In this document: in pieces, positions 30,161 to 40,095 of the stretch
How the letters are laid out: every line of letters begins with the position of its first letter
How positions within the stretch are numbered: the stretch's first letter is position 1
Assembly: GCA_963783385.1 (NCBI GenBank)
Contig: CAWANJ010000001.1
Location: 448,001-512,000 of the forward strand
Source: an uncultured Gemmatimonadales bacterium
GTDB taxonomy: Bacteria; Gemmatimonadota; Gemmatimonadetes; Palauibacterales; Palauibacteraceae
DNA length: 64,000 nucleotides
Reading direction: 5' to 3'
Notes under the pieces: model-generated
Seen by the model: the letters and a program-made list of their open reading frames with translations, nothing else
Databases searched by the model: none
Told to the model about the DNA's origin: nothing
Position numbers and translations under genes: made by a program

Positions 30161-32959
30161 ATGGTGAGTATCCTCCAACGCCGCACCTTGTATCGGTCCG
30201 GGTCCATTCGCGACCCGGGCGCGGTCGGGCTTTCGCGCCTGCGAAACCCGAGTCGTCCCTTTGCGCGTGTCGTGCTCGCCACGCTCGCGGCGGGCTGCGT
30301 TCTGGCGCTCGCGGGGTGCGGTGGCGACGGCGCGACGGACGTGACGCCCTCTCCGGCCCGTCTGGAACGGGTGTCGATCAAGGCCGACTCCGTCACGGTC
30401 GGGACGACGCTGGATCCACCGCTCGGCGTGCGGGTGGTCAGCTCCCTGGGCGATGCGGTCGAGGGCGTACCGGTCCGCTTCGCACTCATGTCGGGCCCCG
30501 GTCAGGTCCCCACCGGCCTCGCCGTCTCCGACGCGCACGGCGTGGCCGAGGGGACGTTCGATGCGAGCTCCGACCTGGGTGAGAGCGTCGTCCGGGTCGA
30601 CATACCGAGCGCCTCGCAGGTCGCTCCACTGGAGTTCAAGGTCCTCACCGTGCCTGCCGGGCAGGTGCACGTGTCGGCTGCCGCCGGCGACGCCCAGAGC
30701 GCGGAGGTCGGGACGCAGCTCGCCCTGCCCTTCACGCTGGCCGCCGCCACGCCCTCGGGCTCGCCGGCCGGAGGCGTGCGGATCGTATGGGAGATCCACC
30801 AGGGTCCTGGCGGCGGTCGGCTCACGTCGGACACCACCTTCACGGGCACCGACGGCCACACGCAGAACCTCCTGACGCTGGGTGGGACCGCGGGCGACTA
30901 CTCCGTGCAGGCCTACGCCACGGGCGGGGTGAAGACGGACACGGCGACCTTCGCGGCCCGGGCGGTGACCTCGCTGCAGAGCGCCGCCCGCGTCGACTCG
31001 GTGCGCCCGGCGCCGCTTCGACCCGGCCAGGACGCCACCCTTTACGGGAGCGGCTTCGGGACGGTCACGTCGGCGGTGGACGTCCGGGTCGAGGGTGCGT
31101 CGGCGCAGGTGCTGGCGGTCGAGCCGGGCCGAGTGCGCTTCCAGGTCCCCACCTTCACCGACCGCTGTCTGCCTTCGCGCCACGTCGGCGTCCGCGCCCT
31201 CGTCTCGGGCCAGCCGACCAACGGCGAGCTCGTGCTCCTCACACCCTCGGGGACGCAGCTCGACCTGGCCCCGGGACAGTCCACGACGCTGTCCGGGCAG
31301 GGGGCACTGGACTGCCTGCAGCTTCCCGCCTCGGACAGCGCCTCGAGCTACCTGGTCCTGGCGGGGAACGCCGACCAGTCGGCCGAAGGCATGACGCCGC
31401 TTCGGCTGATCCTCAGGACGCCGCCGACCTCGGGGGACACGGTGACCGCGGCCGGCGACGTCCGGGTGCGCAGTGCGGTGTCCCGAGAGCCTACCGGCCG
31501 CTCCGATCCCTACGGACCGGCCATCCGGATCCGTGAATCGGCCCTGGGCGAGCTGGCCCGACGCCGCATCTCCGGCAGCGGATTGTCGTTGCGCAGGAGC
31601 GAGGAGCCCCGCTTCGCCGTCGCTCCGGCCCCGGGCGACACCCTGAGCCTGTCCTTCGCGGTCAGCCCGGACCTGACGGTCTCCTGCGACGCGACCGCCG
31701 ACCCCGTGCACGCCGTGGTCCGCTCGGTGAAGCCGCACGTCATCGTGGCCCAGGACACGGCGGCGCCCCGCGGAGGCTTCGACCAGGCCACCATTGACCA
31801 GCTCGCGTCGGAGTTCGAGGACGTCGACTACCCGACGGACGTGGAGTACTTCGGTCAGCCGGCTGATCTGGACGGTAACGGCCGGATCATCATCCTGCTC
31901 ACGCCCCGGGTGAACGGGCTCACGCCCCGTGGCTCGAGCGTGGTCGAGGGCGGCTTCTTCCTCCCGCTCGACCTGGTGGACAAGGGAGATGCGCAGGGCG
32001 GCGGCCTCAAGGGCCCCGACGGGGAGACCTGCCCCGCCAGCAACGAGGGGGAGGTGCTGTACATGCCGGTGCCGGATCCCGGCGGTGTATACAGCGATCC
32101 CAATCGTACGGACCAGATCCTGCGCAGCGATCGCAACACGATGCCGCACGAACTCCAGCACCTGATCAGCGCGGAGCAACGGCTGGTCATCGCGGGTGGG
32201 GACTTCAACAGCGTCGAGGACGTGTGGCTGGGTGAGGGACTCTCTCACATCGCCGAGGAGGTCGTCGGCCTCAAGGAGATGCAGCGCCAGGCCGGGCAGG
32301 ACATTGGCTGGGATGCCATCCTGGGTGACCCCCACACGCTCGACCTGTTCAACACCTTCGAGCTGGACGATTTCGCTCGCCTGGAGTTCTACATGCTCCA
32401 ACCGGGCGAGGCGCCGGCCCTGGCCACGACCGATCCCGGCGGAGTCCGCAGCCTTCAGATGCGCGGCTTCGCGTGGGCGCTGCTGCGATGGCTCGCCGAC
32501 CGGGTCGGACCCTCGGGAGAGGCGGCGTTCTTCCGTGACCTGGCCAAGGGTGGGCCCAACCTCGAGCGGGGCATCGCCAACATCGAGCAGACCACGGGCC
32601 GGCGCTGGGGCGACATCCTGGCGCAGTTCTCGGTGTCGTTGGCCCTGGACAACCGGGCCCCATCGGGCGCCGACGCCGCGTACCAGCTCACGACGTGGGA
32701 CCTGCCCGGCATCTTCCAGGGGCTCCACGACAACCCCACGTCCGGCAGCCGTTTCCCGCTGGCGTATCCCCTCGCGGTGACCTCGCTGGGCTTCGAGACG
32801 GCCGCGATCGACTTCGAGGTGCGTTCCTCGACGAGCGCCTACTTCGAGCTCACCGCCGACGGGTCCCAGCCGGCGCTGGCCTTCCATCTGACCAGCCAAA
32901 GCGGTGGCCCGCCGCCCGTATCCACCTCGCCGCAGATCGTGGTGGTCCGGCTCCGATAG
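30161..32959 (+). CDS. Large lipoprotein: Ig-like + IPT/TIG domains + HEXXH metallopeptidase-like C-domain
   Basis: Lipobox LAGC; GDAQSAEVGT/VEGVPVRF Ig-like repeats; LRPGQDATLYGSGF IPT; DLDGNGRIIILLT, HELQHLI, WLGEGLSHIAEE (M30/gluzincin-like); start uncertain. Confidence 0.75.
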   Translation: MVSILQRRTLYRSGSIRDPGAVGLSRLRNPSRPFARVVLATLAAGCVLALAGCGGDGATDVTPSPARLERVSIKADSVTVGTTLDPPLGVRVVSSLGDAVEGVPVRFALMSGPGQVPTGLAVSDAHGVAEGTFDASSDLGESVVRVDIPSASQVAPLEFKVLTVPAGQVHVSAAAGDAQSAEVGTQLALPFTLAAATPSGSPAGGVRIVWEIHQGPGGGRLTSDTTFTGTDGHTQNLLTLGGTAGDYSVQAYATGGVKTDTATFAARAVTSLQSAARVDSVRPAPLRPGQDATLYGSGFGTVTSAVDVRVEGASAQVLAVEPGRVRFQVPTFTDRCLPSRHVGVRALVSGQPTNGELVLLTPSGTQLDLAPGQSTTLSGQGALDCLQLPASDSASSYLVLAGNADQSAEGMTPLRLILRTPPTSGDTVTAAGDVRVRSAVSREPTGRSDPYGPAIRIRESALGELARRRISGSGLSLRRSEEPRFAVAPAPGDTLSLSFAVSPDLTVSCDATADPVHAVVRSVKPHVIVAQDTAAPRGGFDQATIDQLASEFEDVDYPTDVEYFGQPADLDGNGRIIILLTPRVNGLTPRGSSVVEGGFFLPLDLVDKGDAQGGGLKGPDGETCPASNEGEVLYMPVPDPGGVYSDPNRTDQILRSDRNTMPHELQHLISAEQRLVIAGGDFNSVEDVWLGEGLSHIAEEVVGLKEMQRQAGQDIGWDAILGDPHTLDLFNTFELDDFARLEFYMLQPGEAPALATTDPGGVRSLQMRGFAWALLRWLADRVGPSGEAAFFRDLAKGGPNLERGIANIEQTTGRRWGDILAQFSVSLALDNRAPSGADAAYQLTTWDLPGIFQGLHDNPTSGSRFPLAYPLAVTSLGFETAAIDFEVRSSTSAYFELTADGSQPALAFHLTSQSGGPPPVSTSPQIVVVRLR

Positions 32960-32982
32960 TCGAGATGAAGAACGAGGCTGAA

Positions 32983-33693
32983 ATGACCCGACCGTCCGGC
33001 CCCTCAGGGTTCCTCGCGCTACTGTTGCTCACCGCCGTGGTAGCCGTCGCACCGTCGCCAGTGTCCGCCCAGGCGGACACCGTCGCCACGATGGGCGACA
33101 CGGTCTCCATGGCTCCACTGCCGCCGTCCACGTGGAGAGACCGCGGGGGACTCGAGGCGTTCGTGATCGGGGGGGGCCTCGCTCCCCTGGCCCGTCTCTC
33201 GTCCGATCCCGGCTCCTTCGGTACTCAGGTGTCGTCGGCCCCGATGGTGGGCGGCACGGCAGGGTGGTGGTTGCCGAACGGCTTCGGGGCGGGCGTCCAG
33301 GTACTGTACGCGCCCGCGTCACTCAACATCATCCCGACGGCCTTCCAGGGACCCATCCCGACCAACCTCGGTAACGCCCGCTACCTGGCCGCGACCGCCG
33401 AGGTCCGCTATCGGCTCCTGCTGCGCGGCCCAGCCGGCGTGCTGGCCCCGTACGTGGCGTTGGGAGCCGGTGTTCGACACCTGAACTTCGACCCGATCGC
33501 CAGCCTGGACGTACAGGACACGACGGACCCGGTGGCCACGATCGCCGGCGGAGCCGAGGCGCGCCTGTATGGACCCGTGTCGATGCGGCTGGAGTTGCGG
33601 GATTACGTGTCCCGCTTCACGGCCACGCCCAACTCCCCGGCGCGCACGCAGCACGACATCGCGATCACGTTCGGGCTCGGCATCCTTCCCTGA
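32983..33693 (+). CDS. Outer membrane beta-barrel protein
   Basis: Signal peptide ending VSAQ; amphipathic strands, PYVALGAG, LRDYVS, C-terminal ITFGLGILP. Confidence 0.7.
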   Translation: MTRPSGPSGFLALLLLTAVVAVAPSPVSAQADTVATMGDTVSMAPLPPSTWRDRGGLEAFVIGGGLAPLARLSSDPGSFGTQVSSAPMVGGTAGWWLPNGFGAGVQVLYAPASLNIIPTAFQGPIPTNLGNARYLAATAEVRYRLLLRGPAGVLAPYVALGAGVRHLNFDPIASLDVQDTTDPVATIAGGAEARLYGPVSMRLELRDYVSRFTATPNSPARTQHDIAITFGLGILP

Positions 33694-34040
33694 TTCGGCG
33701 GGCCGCCCGCCCCCGCGTTCCGCGGGCACCCGGTGCGACGACCCGTCCGAACGCGTCGTAACCATGCATCACCGGCCGGCCCGGGCGTGTCGACCGGGCA
33801 TCCGAGGCACGACTCGGAATCATCGTAAGACGATCCGCCACAACGATATGGCATCGATCGATCGGTAGGGTCGACCCCTAGCACGCTTCTTGACATCGTC
33901 CCTGGGACCTCGGGGGGAACGTATGCCCGTTCAAGGCGGCCTCCGTCCCCTCCCGCCGCGCCCCGGCGCGAGCCGGCCTCACGGCCGGAGAGTCAGCCGA
34001 AGCCGAAGAGGAGAACAGTCGTGCGAACCGCGCTCCGCAC

Positions 34041-35822
34041 ATGTTCAGGACGATCGTGTGCCGATCGTGCGCCCGCGCTCCGCCCCCCTCCATCGGACGA
34101 CCGCCGTCCGTGATCGATCGGGAGGAGGGACCGGGGAGCACGCCGGCGTCGTCGCGCGGCGTGCCGCCGGAGATCCTGCGCGGGGCCATCGAGGCCGCGG
34201 GCGACGGCGTGGCGCTCCTCGATCGACGCGGGCGCATCACCTACGCGAACTCGTGCTACGCGGGCCTGTTCGGATTCGACCGACCGCGCAGCTTGATCGG
34301 CCTGCACTGGTCCTTCCTCCATCCTGAGGCGGAAGCCGCCCGACTCCGTCGGGAGGCGCCACGCGCCCTCGAGGCCCACGGATTCTGGCGAGGAGACGCG
34401 ATCGGACGCCGCCGCGACGGCTCCGAGATACCGCTCGACCTCTCGGTCACCCGCGTGCCGGACGGCCGACTCCTGTGCGTGGCCCGCGACATCTCCCTAC
34501 GACGCGCCCGGGAGGAGCAGCTCGAGCAGCTCGCGTACCGCGATCCACTCACCGGGCTCGCGAACCGGCGCGTGCTGCGTGAGCGGGCCGAGCAGGCCCT
34601 CGCGCTGGCACGCCGAGGCGATTCGCAGGTGGCCCTCCTCTACCTGGACCTCGTGGGCTTCAAGGAGATCAACGACCAGCTCGGCCACCTGGCCGGGGAC
34701 CAGGTGCTCGAGGAGGTGGCGCGGCGACTCACCGGTGCGATCCGAGACGCCGACACGGCCGCCAGGATCGGAGGCGACGAGTTCGCCGTGCTGCTTTCCG
34801 AGATCGAGGGGGAGGGCGGCGCCCTGCAGGCCGCCCGCCGCGTGCAGGAGGCGTTCGAGCGGCCGTTCGAGGCGGACGGCCACACGCTGGAGATCGTTAT
34901 CTCCATCGGCCTGGCCCTGTTCCCGACCTACGCCTCGACCTTCGACGCGATGTTGGACCAGGCCGACATGGCCATGTACGGCGCGCGCCGATTGAAGTCG
35001 GGTGGAATCCAGATCTATCGCGGCGGCGACGCCGAAGCGGAGGGCGGTCGCGCCGACCTGATCGCCGAGCTCCACGATGCGGTGCGACACTACCGACTGG
35101 CGCTTCACTACCAGCCCGTGCGGGACCTGGCCACGGGGGAGCGGGTGGGGTCGGAGGCCCTGGTCCGGTGGCCGCATCCGCGGCTGGGTATCCTGTGCGC
35201 GTCCAAGTTCGTCCCGCTGATCGGGGATCCGGCCCTGGTCCGGCGACTGGACCGCTGGGTCCTGGCCTCCGCCCTCGTCCAGCTGCAGGCCTGTCAGCGT
35301 GCCGGCTCCCGGGAGTGGCTGGCCATCCACCTCTCCGAGGCTTCACTTCACGATGAGGGGCTGGAGGCCTACGTGGAGCGCGTGCTGAGCGCCATGGGCG
35401 GGATCGATCCCACGAAGCTGCTGCTGGAGTTTCCCGCCCGCAGCGTCCTGCGCGGCTCCGGCCCCGCCGGGGAGCGCCTGTCCGCGCTACGGGGGCTGGG
35501 CGTGTCCGTGGCCGTGGACGGCCTCTCGGGCGGACACAGCTCCATGGCCTTCCTGCAGGGCCTCCCGGCCACCAGCCTCAACCTGGATCGTGGATTCGTG
35601 GCCGGAATCGGCCGCGAGTCGTTCGAGGAGGAGGTGCTCCAAACCGTCATCGAACTCGCCCACGCCATGCGGCTGCGCGTGCGGGCCAAGGGGATCGAGC
35701 GGGAGGAGCAGCGAGAGTGGCTCCGGCAGGCCGGCTGCGACTTCGGCCAGGGCTTCCTCCTCGGCTGGATCCTGCCGCCCGAAGAGATGTCGGGCTGGAA
35801 CGGCGACGGTAGCGCTCCCTAG
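34041..35822 (+). CDS. PAS-GGDEF-EAL protein (EAL degenerate)
   Basis: PAS (ITYAN...RRRDGSEIP), DPLTGLANR, DLVGFKEIND, RDAD I-site, GGDEF, HYQP, EALVRW; start uncertain. Confidence 0.93.
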   Translation: MFRTIVCRSCARAPPPSIGRPPSVIDREEGPGSTPASSRGVPPEILRGAIEAAGDGVALLDRRGRITYANSCYAGLFGFDRPRSLIGLHWSFLHPEAEAARLRREAPRALEAHGFWRGDAIGRRRDGSEIPLDLSVTRVPDGRLLCVARDISLRRAREEQLEQLAYRDPLTGLANRRVLRERAEQALALARRGDSQVALLYLDLVGFKEINDQLGHLAGDQVLEEVARRLTGAIRDADTAARIGGDEFAVLLSEIEGEGGALQAARRVQEAFERPFEADGHTLEIVISIGLALFPTYASTFDAMLDQADMAMYGARRLKSGGIQIYRGGDAEAEGGRADLIAELHDAVRHYRLALHYQPVRDLATGERVGSEALVRWPHPRLGILCASKFVPLIGDPALVRRLDRWVLASALVQLQACQRAGSREWLAIHLSEASLHDEGLEAYVERVLSAMGGIDPTKLLLEFPARSVLRGSGPAGERLSALRGLGVSVAVDGLSGGHSSMAFLQGLPATSLNLDRGFVAGIGRESFEEEVLQTVIELAHAMRLRVRAKGIEREEQREWLRQAGCDFGQGFLLGWILPPEEMSGWNGDGSAP

Positions 35823-35847
35823 TCCTCGCTCCCGCCCGCCCCGCTCG

Positions 35848-36300
35848 TCAGGCCGCGGCGCCGACCTCCGACGTGCAGTGCCCACAGCGCGTGGCCTCGA
35901 TCGGAATCGTCATCCGGCAGAACGGACACTCCTTCTGGCTCGGCGGCGGCGGCGCCTCTTCGGCCTGTCGTCGCAGCCGGTTGTAGCCCTTGACCATGAG
36001 GAATATGGCCAGGGCGATGATCAAGAAGGAGAGGACGTTGTTGATGAACACGCCGTAGTTGATCGTCGGGGCCCCGGCCTTCTGCGCATCCGGCAGGGAG
36101 GCGTAAGGCGTTCCCGAGAGGTTGATGAACAGGTTGGAGAAGTCGAGTCCGCCGGCCAGCAGGCCGATCGGGGGCATGAGCACATCCGCCACGAAGGACT
36201 TGACCACGGTTCCGAATGCACCGCCGATAACGATGCCGACCGCCAGGTCGAACACGTTGCCACGGGCGATGAAGTCGCGGAACTCCGTTCGAACGCTCAT
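35848..36300 (-). CDS. mscL: Large-conductance mechanosensitive channel
   Basis: [31 protein letters not shown]; C-terminal CPFC...CGHC Zn-ribbon. Confidence 0.96.
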   Translation of the reverse strand: MSVRTEFRDFIARGNVFDLAVGIVIGGAFGTVVKSFVADVLMPPIGLLAGGLDFSNLFINLSGTPYASLPDAQKAGAPTINYGVFINNVLSFLIIALAIFLMVKGYNRLRRQAEEAPPPPSQKECPFCRMTIPIEATRCGHCTSEVGAAA

Positions 36301-36404
36301 GGGGACTCTCCGGGGAAGGAGTGCGCGAGTCGCACAGACCCCTTCAAGTTACAGCGTTTGCCACGTTCGACAAGCGGGCGCGACGGGGAGCCGCGCCCGG
36401 GGGC

Positions 36405-36779
36405 TCAGGTCGGACCCAGGTGAGTCCTCCAGGTCCGGGACACGATCACGTCCCTCGCGCGCTCCCTCGTGCCGCCCCTCGGCGGGGCCTTCTCCCTGAG
36501 GTCGGCGGCCACCAACCGGTAGTACTCGGCGGCCCGCCGGGCGAGAGCGGATCGATCTTCCGGACAGGCGGCGCCCTCCGGGGGATCCACCCGGACCTTC
36601 CCCTCCCCGTAGGCCATCGTCTCGGACTGCCGAACGTCGAGACAGCACGTGCCCACCGGCACCCGGTCGGATCCCACCACCTCGAAATAGAGCCGCGAGG
36701 CGATCTGTCCCTCCTCCGCGATGCGCGTGGCATCGAAGAGACAGCCGTGAAACACGATCATGCTCTCCGCCTGTTCCAT
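36405..36779 (-). CDS. Hypothetical protein
   Basis: ORF with protein-like composition (MIVFHGCLFD...SRLYFEVV...AAEYYRLV) filling an intergenic gap; no recognised family. Confidence 0.55.
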   Translation of the reverse strand: MEQAESMIVFHGCLFDATRIAEEGQIASRLYFEVVGSDRVPVGTCCLDVRQSETMAYGEGKVRVDPPEGAACPEDRSALARRAAEYYRLVAADLREKAPPRGGTRERARDVIVSRTWRTHLGPT

Positions 36780-37153
36780 GGTCGCCACCGGTCGGGGGAT
36801 CGGAGACGGCATCACCGCCGATCGAATTCACCCCTGCCAAGCGCAAGAGGCACACCCGACGGGGTCCCATGGAGACACGATCGAACAAGCCATTGCGTCA
36901 CATGGACCTACGATCGCGATCTCACGAAGCGCTCCGATCGGAGACCGGGGCGGACCTTGCATTCCGACACGCCGCTTGCAGGACGAGAGGCACGGCGGCG
37001 GGCCGCCCGGCCGAACACGGTGGCCGATCCGCCACGGGCGCCCCATCTTGCAGCCGCCGCGCTTCAGAGACGCGCCGTCGGGCGGCGCCACCGGAGGAGC
37101 CGTGCGGGCGCGTTCGCATGCCGAGCAGCAGGAGGGTCGAGGTGGAGCATCGC

Positions 37154-39994
37154 ATGCCATCCAGGTCGGGAACGATACGTCGAGCCGTGCGGGCGGCGCC
37201 CCTGGCGGCGCTCACCCTGTGGGCCGCGGCCGCACCGCTCGCCGCTCGCACCGGACCGGCGATCGGGACCGGCGGCCTCCGGGCCGACACCACGCCGACC
37301 GCCGCAGCGCCGCGCCGACTCACCGACACTCTCCTCGAGCCGTTCCGTTACCGGTTCATCGGGCCGTCGAATCCCTCGGGGCGCGTGACGGCCATCGCCG
37401 TGCCCGACACGGCCGGCCACCGGATCGCCTACGCGGGGCTCGCGTCCGGGGGCGTGTGGAAGACCACCAACGCCGGCACGACCTGGATGTCCGTGTTCGA
37501 CCACGAAGGGAGCTCCTCGGTGGGCGACATCGCCGTGGCCCCGTGGAACCATCGGGTGGTCTGGGTCGGCACCGGCGAGCGCAACTCCCTGCGCTCCCAG
37601 ACCTGGGGAGACGGTGTCTACCGCTCCGGGGACGGGGGCAAGACCTGGAAGAAGGTGGGCCTGAAGGATACGCGCGAGATCGGCCGGATCGCCATCGACC
37701 CCGTGGACAGCGGCGTGGTGTACGTGGCCGCCCTCGGCCACCTGTGGGGGCCCGACCCCGAGCGCGGCGTCTACAAGACGGTGGACGGCGGCAAGAGCTG
37801 GAAGAAGATCCTGTTCGTGGACGACACGACCGGGTTCGTGGACCTGAGAATCGACCCGAAGAACCCGAACGTGCTGTACGCGGCCGGCTGGCACCGGCTG
37901 CGCTGGGGGGGCGGCAAGATGGAGGGAGCCGGCGCCGGCAGCGGGATCTGGCGCACGCGGGACGCTGGCGCCACGTGGACGCGGCTCACCGCGCCCGGGG
38001 ACGAGCACGGGCTCCCGTCCAGGGACCTGGGCCGGATCGGGCTCGCGGTCTACCCGCGCAGCCCCAACGTCGTGTACGCGGTCATACAGGTGGCCCACGG
38101 GTCGAAGAACCCGAGCGTGAGTCCGTTCGGAGGACTGTTCCGCACCGAGGACGGCGGGGACCACTGGGCCCGGGTCAACGACCTCTCGGCCGTGCCCGAC
38201 TACTACTACAACGAGGTGTGGGTCGACCCGAACGACAGCACCGACGTGTATCTGGGCGCCACGCGGCTCTTCCACTCCACGGACGGCGGCCGAACGTTCT
38301 CTGCCGTCCGCTACCGTAACGTGCACGTGGACAACCACGCGGTGTGGTTCGACCCCGACGACTCCCATCACATGCTGCTCGGCAACGACGGGGGCGTCTA
38401 CCAGAGCTTCGACGGCGGCGAAAGCTGGGCCCACCAGCTCATCCCGGCCAGCCAGTTCTACGAGGTCGACATCGACACGACCAAGGTGCCCTACCAGGTG
38501 TGCGGCGGCCTGCAGGACAACGGCGTGTGGTGCGGCCCGAGCCGCACCCGCGAGCGGATGGGCATCACCGCGGCTGACTGGTACACGGTCTACGGCGGGG
38601 ACGGGTTCAGCTCCGCCGTGTCCGCGGACAGTCCGCAGATCCGCTACGCCGAGTACCAGTACGGCAACATCGGGCGGCTCGACGTGGTCGACTGGCACAC
38701 GGAGAGCGTGAAGCCGGCGGCCGAGGACGCTGGCGCCGAGAGCGGCTATCCCTTCCGGTGGGACTGGAACACGCCATTCGTGATCTCGAGCCACGACCCG
38801 ACGGTCCTCTACCTGGGCGGGAACTACCTGTTCAAGCTCACCGACCGCGGCCGTGACTGGAAGATCCTGGGGCCCGACATGACCCGCGCCAACCGCTTCC
38901 ATCCCGAGCCGGACAGCGCCCACACCTCGTATCACTCGCTGCACTCGGTGGCCGAATCGGCCCTGGACGGCCGCGTCCTGTGGACGGGCTCCAACGACGG
39001 CCTCCTGTGGGTGAGCACGGACGCGGGCGAGACGTGGCGGAACGTCACCGCCGACCTCCCCGGCGGGGGCCCGGCGCCGCCGTGCTGGGTGAGCGAGATC
39101 GAGACGTCACGCTTCGACGCCAACGGGGCCTTCGTGACTTACGACTGTCACCGCCGCGACGACTACGATCCCTACGTGTACCGGACCACGGACGCGGGCC
39201 GGACCTGGACCGACATCACGGGCGATCTGCCGAAGGAGAGCTCCACCTTCGTGATCCGGCAGGACCCGGTGAACCGGGATCTCCTGTTCGTGGGCACCCA
39301 CGACGGCGTTTTCGCCAGCATCCGGGGCGGGAATCACTGGGCGAAGCTGGGCGAAAACCTCCCCACCACGGAGGTGCGGGACCTGGCGATAGTGCCCCGC
39401 ACGAAGGAACTGGTCGTGGGGAGCTTCGGGCGGGGCGTGTACATCCTGGACATCGCGGCGCTGGAGCAGGTGACGCCGGCCGTGCTCGGGGACTCGCTCC
39501 ACCTGTTCGATCCCGCCCCAGCACGGCAGTTCGAGCAGCGCAACACCTACGGGTCGCAGGGCGCGTCCTTCTTCCGGGCCGGCGCCACACCGCCCTCGGC
39601 CACGATCACCTACTGGGTGGGGCACGACCTGGGCAAGGACGTCAAGATCGAGATCCGCCGCGTCTCGGACGACACGACGGCAAGCGCGGTGGGCGCGGCG
39701 GCCACGGACTCCGGCGCGGCACGGGGGTCCGGGCGCGGAGGCCAGGGCGGCGCGGGCAAGTCGATCCGCACGCTGACGGGCCCGGGCACGGTGGGCTTCC
39801 ACGTCCTCACCTGGGACCTCGAACGCGGCGAGCCCCGTCCCCGGGAGATGGGAGGCCCGACCAGCCCGTCGGAGCTCCGGCGGGTGCTGCCCGGCACCTT
39901 CCGGGTGGTGCTGAAGGCCGACGGCGCCTCGCGAGAGGCCGACCTGGTGGTGCGGAGCGGCTGGCCCGAGCGCACGCCGGGCCGGGTGCGTTAG
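37154..39994 (+). CDS. Secreted VPS10/BNR (Asp-box) repeat beta-propeller protein
   Basis: RFIGPSNPSGRV, many S/T-x-D-G-G-x-T/S-W Asp boxes, HVDNH, GGLQDNG, GGDGF; GGAG RBS before ATG 37154. Confidence 0.9.
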   Translation: MPSRSGTIRRAVRAAPLAALTLWAAAAPLAARTGPAIGTGGLRADTTPTAAAPRRLTDTLLEPFRYRFIGPSNPSGRVTAIAVPDTAGHRIAYAGLASGGVWKTTNAGTTWMSVFDHEGSSSVGDIAVAPWNHRVVWVGTGERNSLRSQTWGDGVYRSGDGGKTWKKVGLKDTREIGRIAIDPVDSGVVYVAALGHLWGPDPERGVYKTVDGGKSWKKILFVDDTTGFVDLRIDPKNPNVLYAAGWHRLRWGGGKMEGAGAGSGIWRTRDAGATWTRLTAPGDEHGLPSRDLGRIGLAVYPRSPNVVYAVIQVAHGSKNPSVSPFGGLFRTEDGGDHWARVNDLSAVPDYYYNEVWVDPNDSTDVYLGATRLFHSTDGGRTFSAVRYRNVHVDNHAVWFDPDDSHHMLLGNDGGVYQSFDGGESWAHQLIPASQFYEVDIDTTKVPYQVCGGLQDNGVWCGPSRTRERMGITAADWYTVYGGDGFSSAVSADSPQIRYAEYQYGNIGRLDVVDWHTESVKPAAEDAGAESGYPFRWDWNTPFVISSHDPTVLYLGGNYLFKLTDRGRDWKILGPDMTRANRFHPEPDSAHTSYHSLHSVAESALDGRVLWTGSNDGLLWVSTDAGETWRNVTADLPGGGPAPPCWVSEIETSRFDANGAFVTYDCHRRDDYDPYVYRTTDAGRTWTDITGDLPKESSTFVIRQDPVNRDLLFVGTHDGVFASIRGGNHWAKLGENLPTTEVRDLAIVPRTKELVVGSFGRGVYILDIAALEQVTPAVLGDSLHLFDPAPARQFEQRNTYGSQGASFFRAGATPPSATITYWVGHDLGKDVKIEIRRVSDDTTASAVGAAATDSGAARGSGRGGQGGAGKSIRTLTGPGTVGFHVLTWDLERGEPRPREMGGPTSPSELRRVLPGTFRVVLKADGASREADLVVRSGWPERTPGRVR

Positions 39995-40095
39995 ATGGCG
40001 CGGCATAGGATGGCGGCCGCGGGGACGCGGCACGGAGCGGCGGGGACGCGGTGGGCGAGAGCCGCAGTCGGGATGTGCGACGCGGAGGAGGCCCC

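Noticed and set aside
33890-33895. Perfect TTGACA -35 hexamer upstream of the GGDEF gene
   Set aside because: No -10 hexamer at 16-18 nt spacing
37154-39994. Repeated GACGGCGGC..ACCTGG DNA motifs suggesting a repeat array
   Set aside because: They encode Asp-box (BNR) protein repeats; not CRISPR or non-coding repeats
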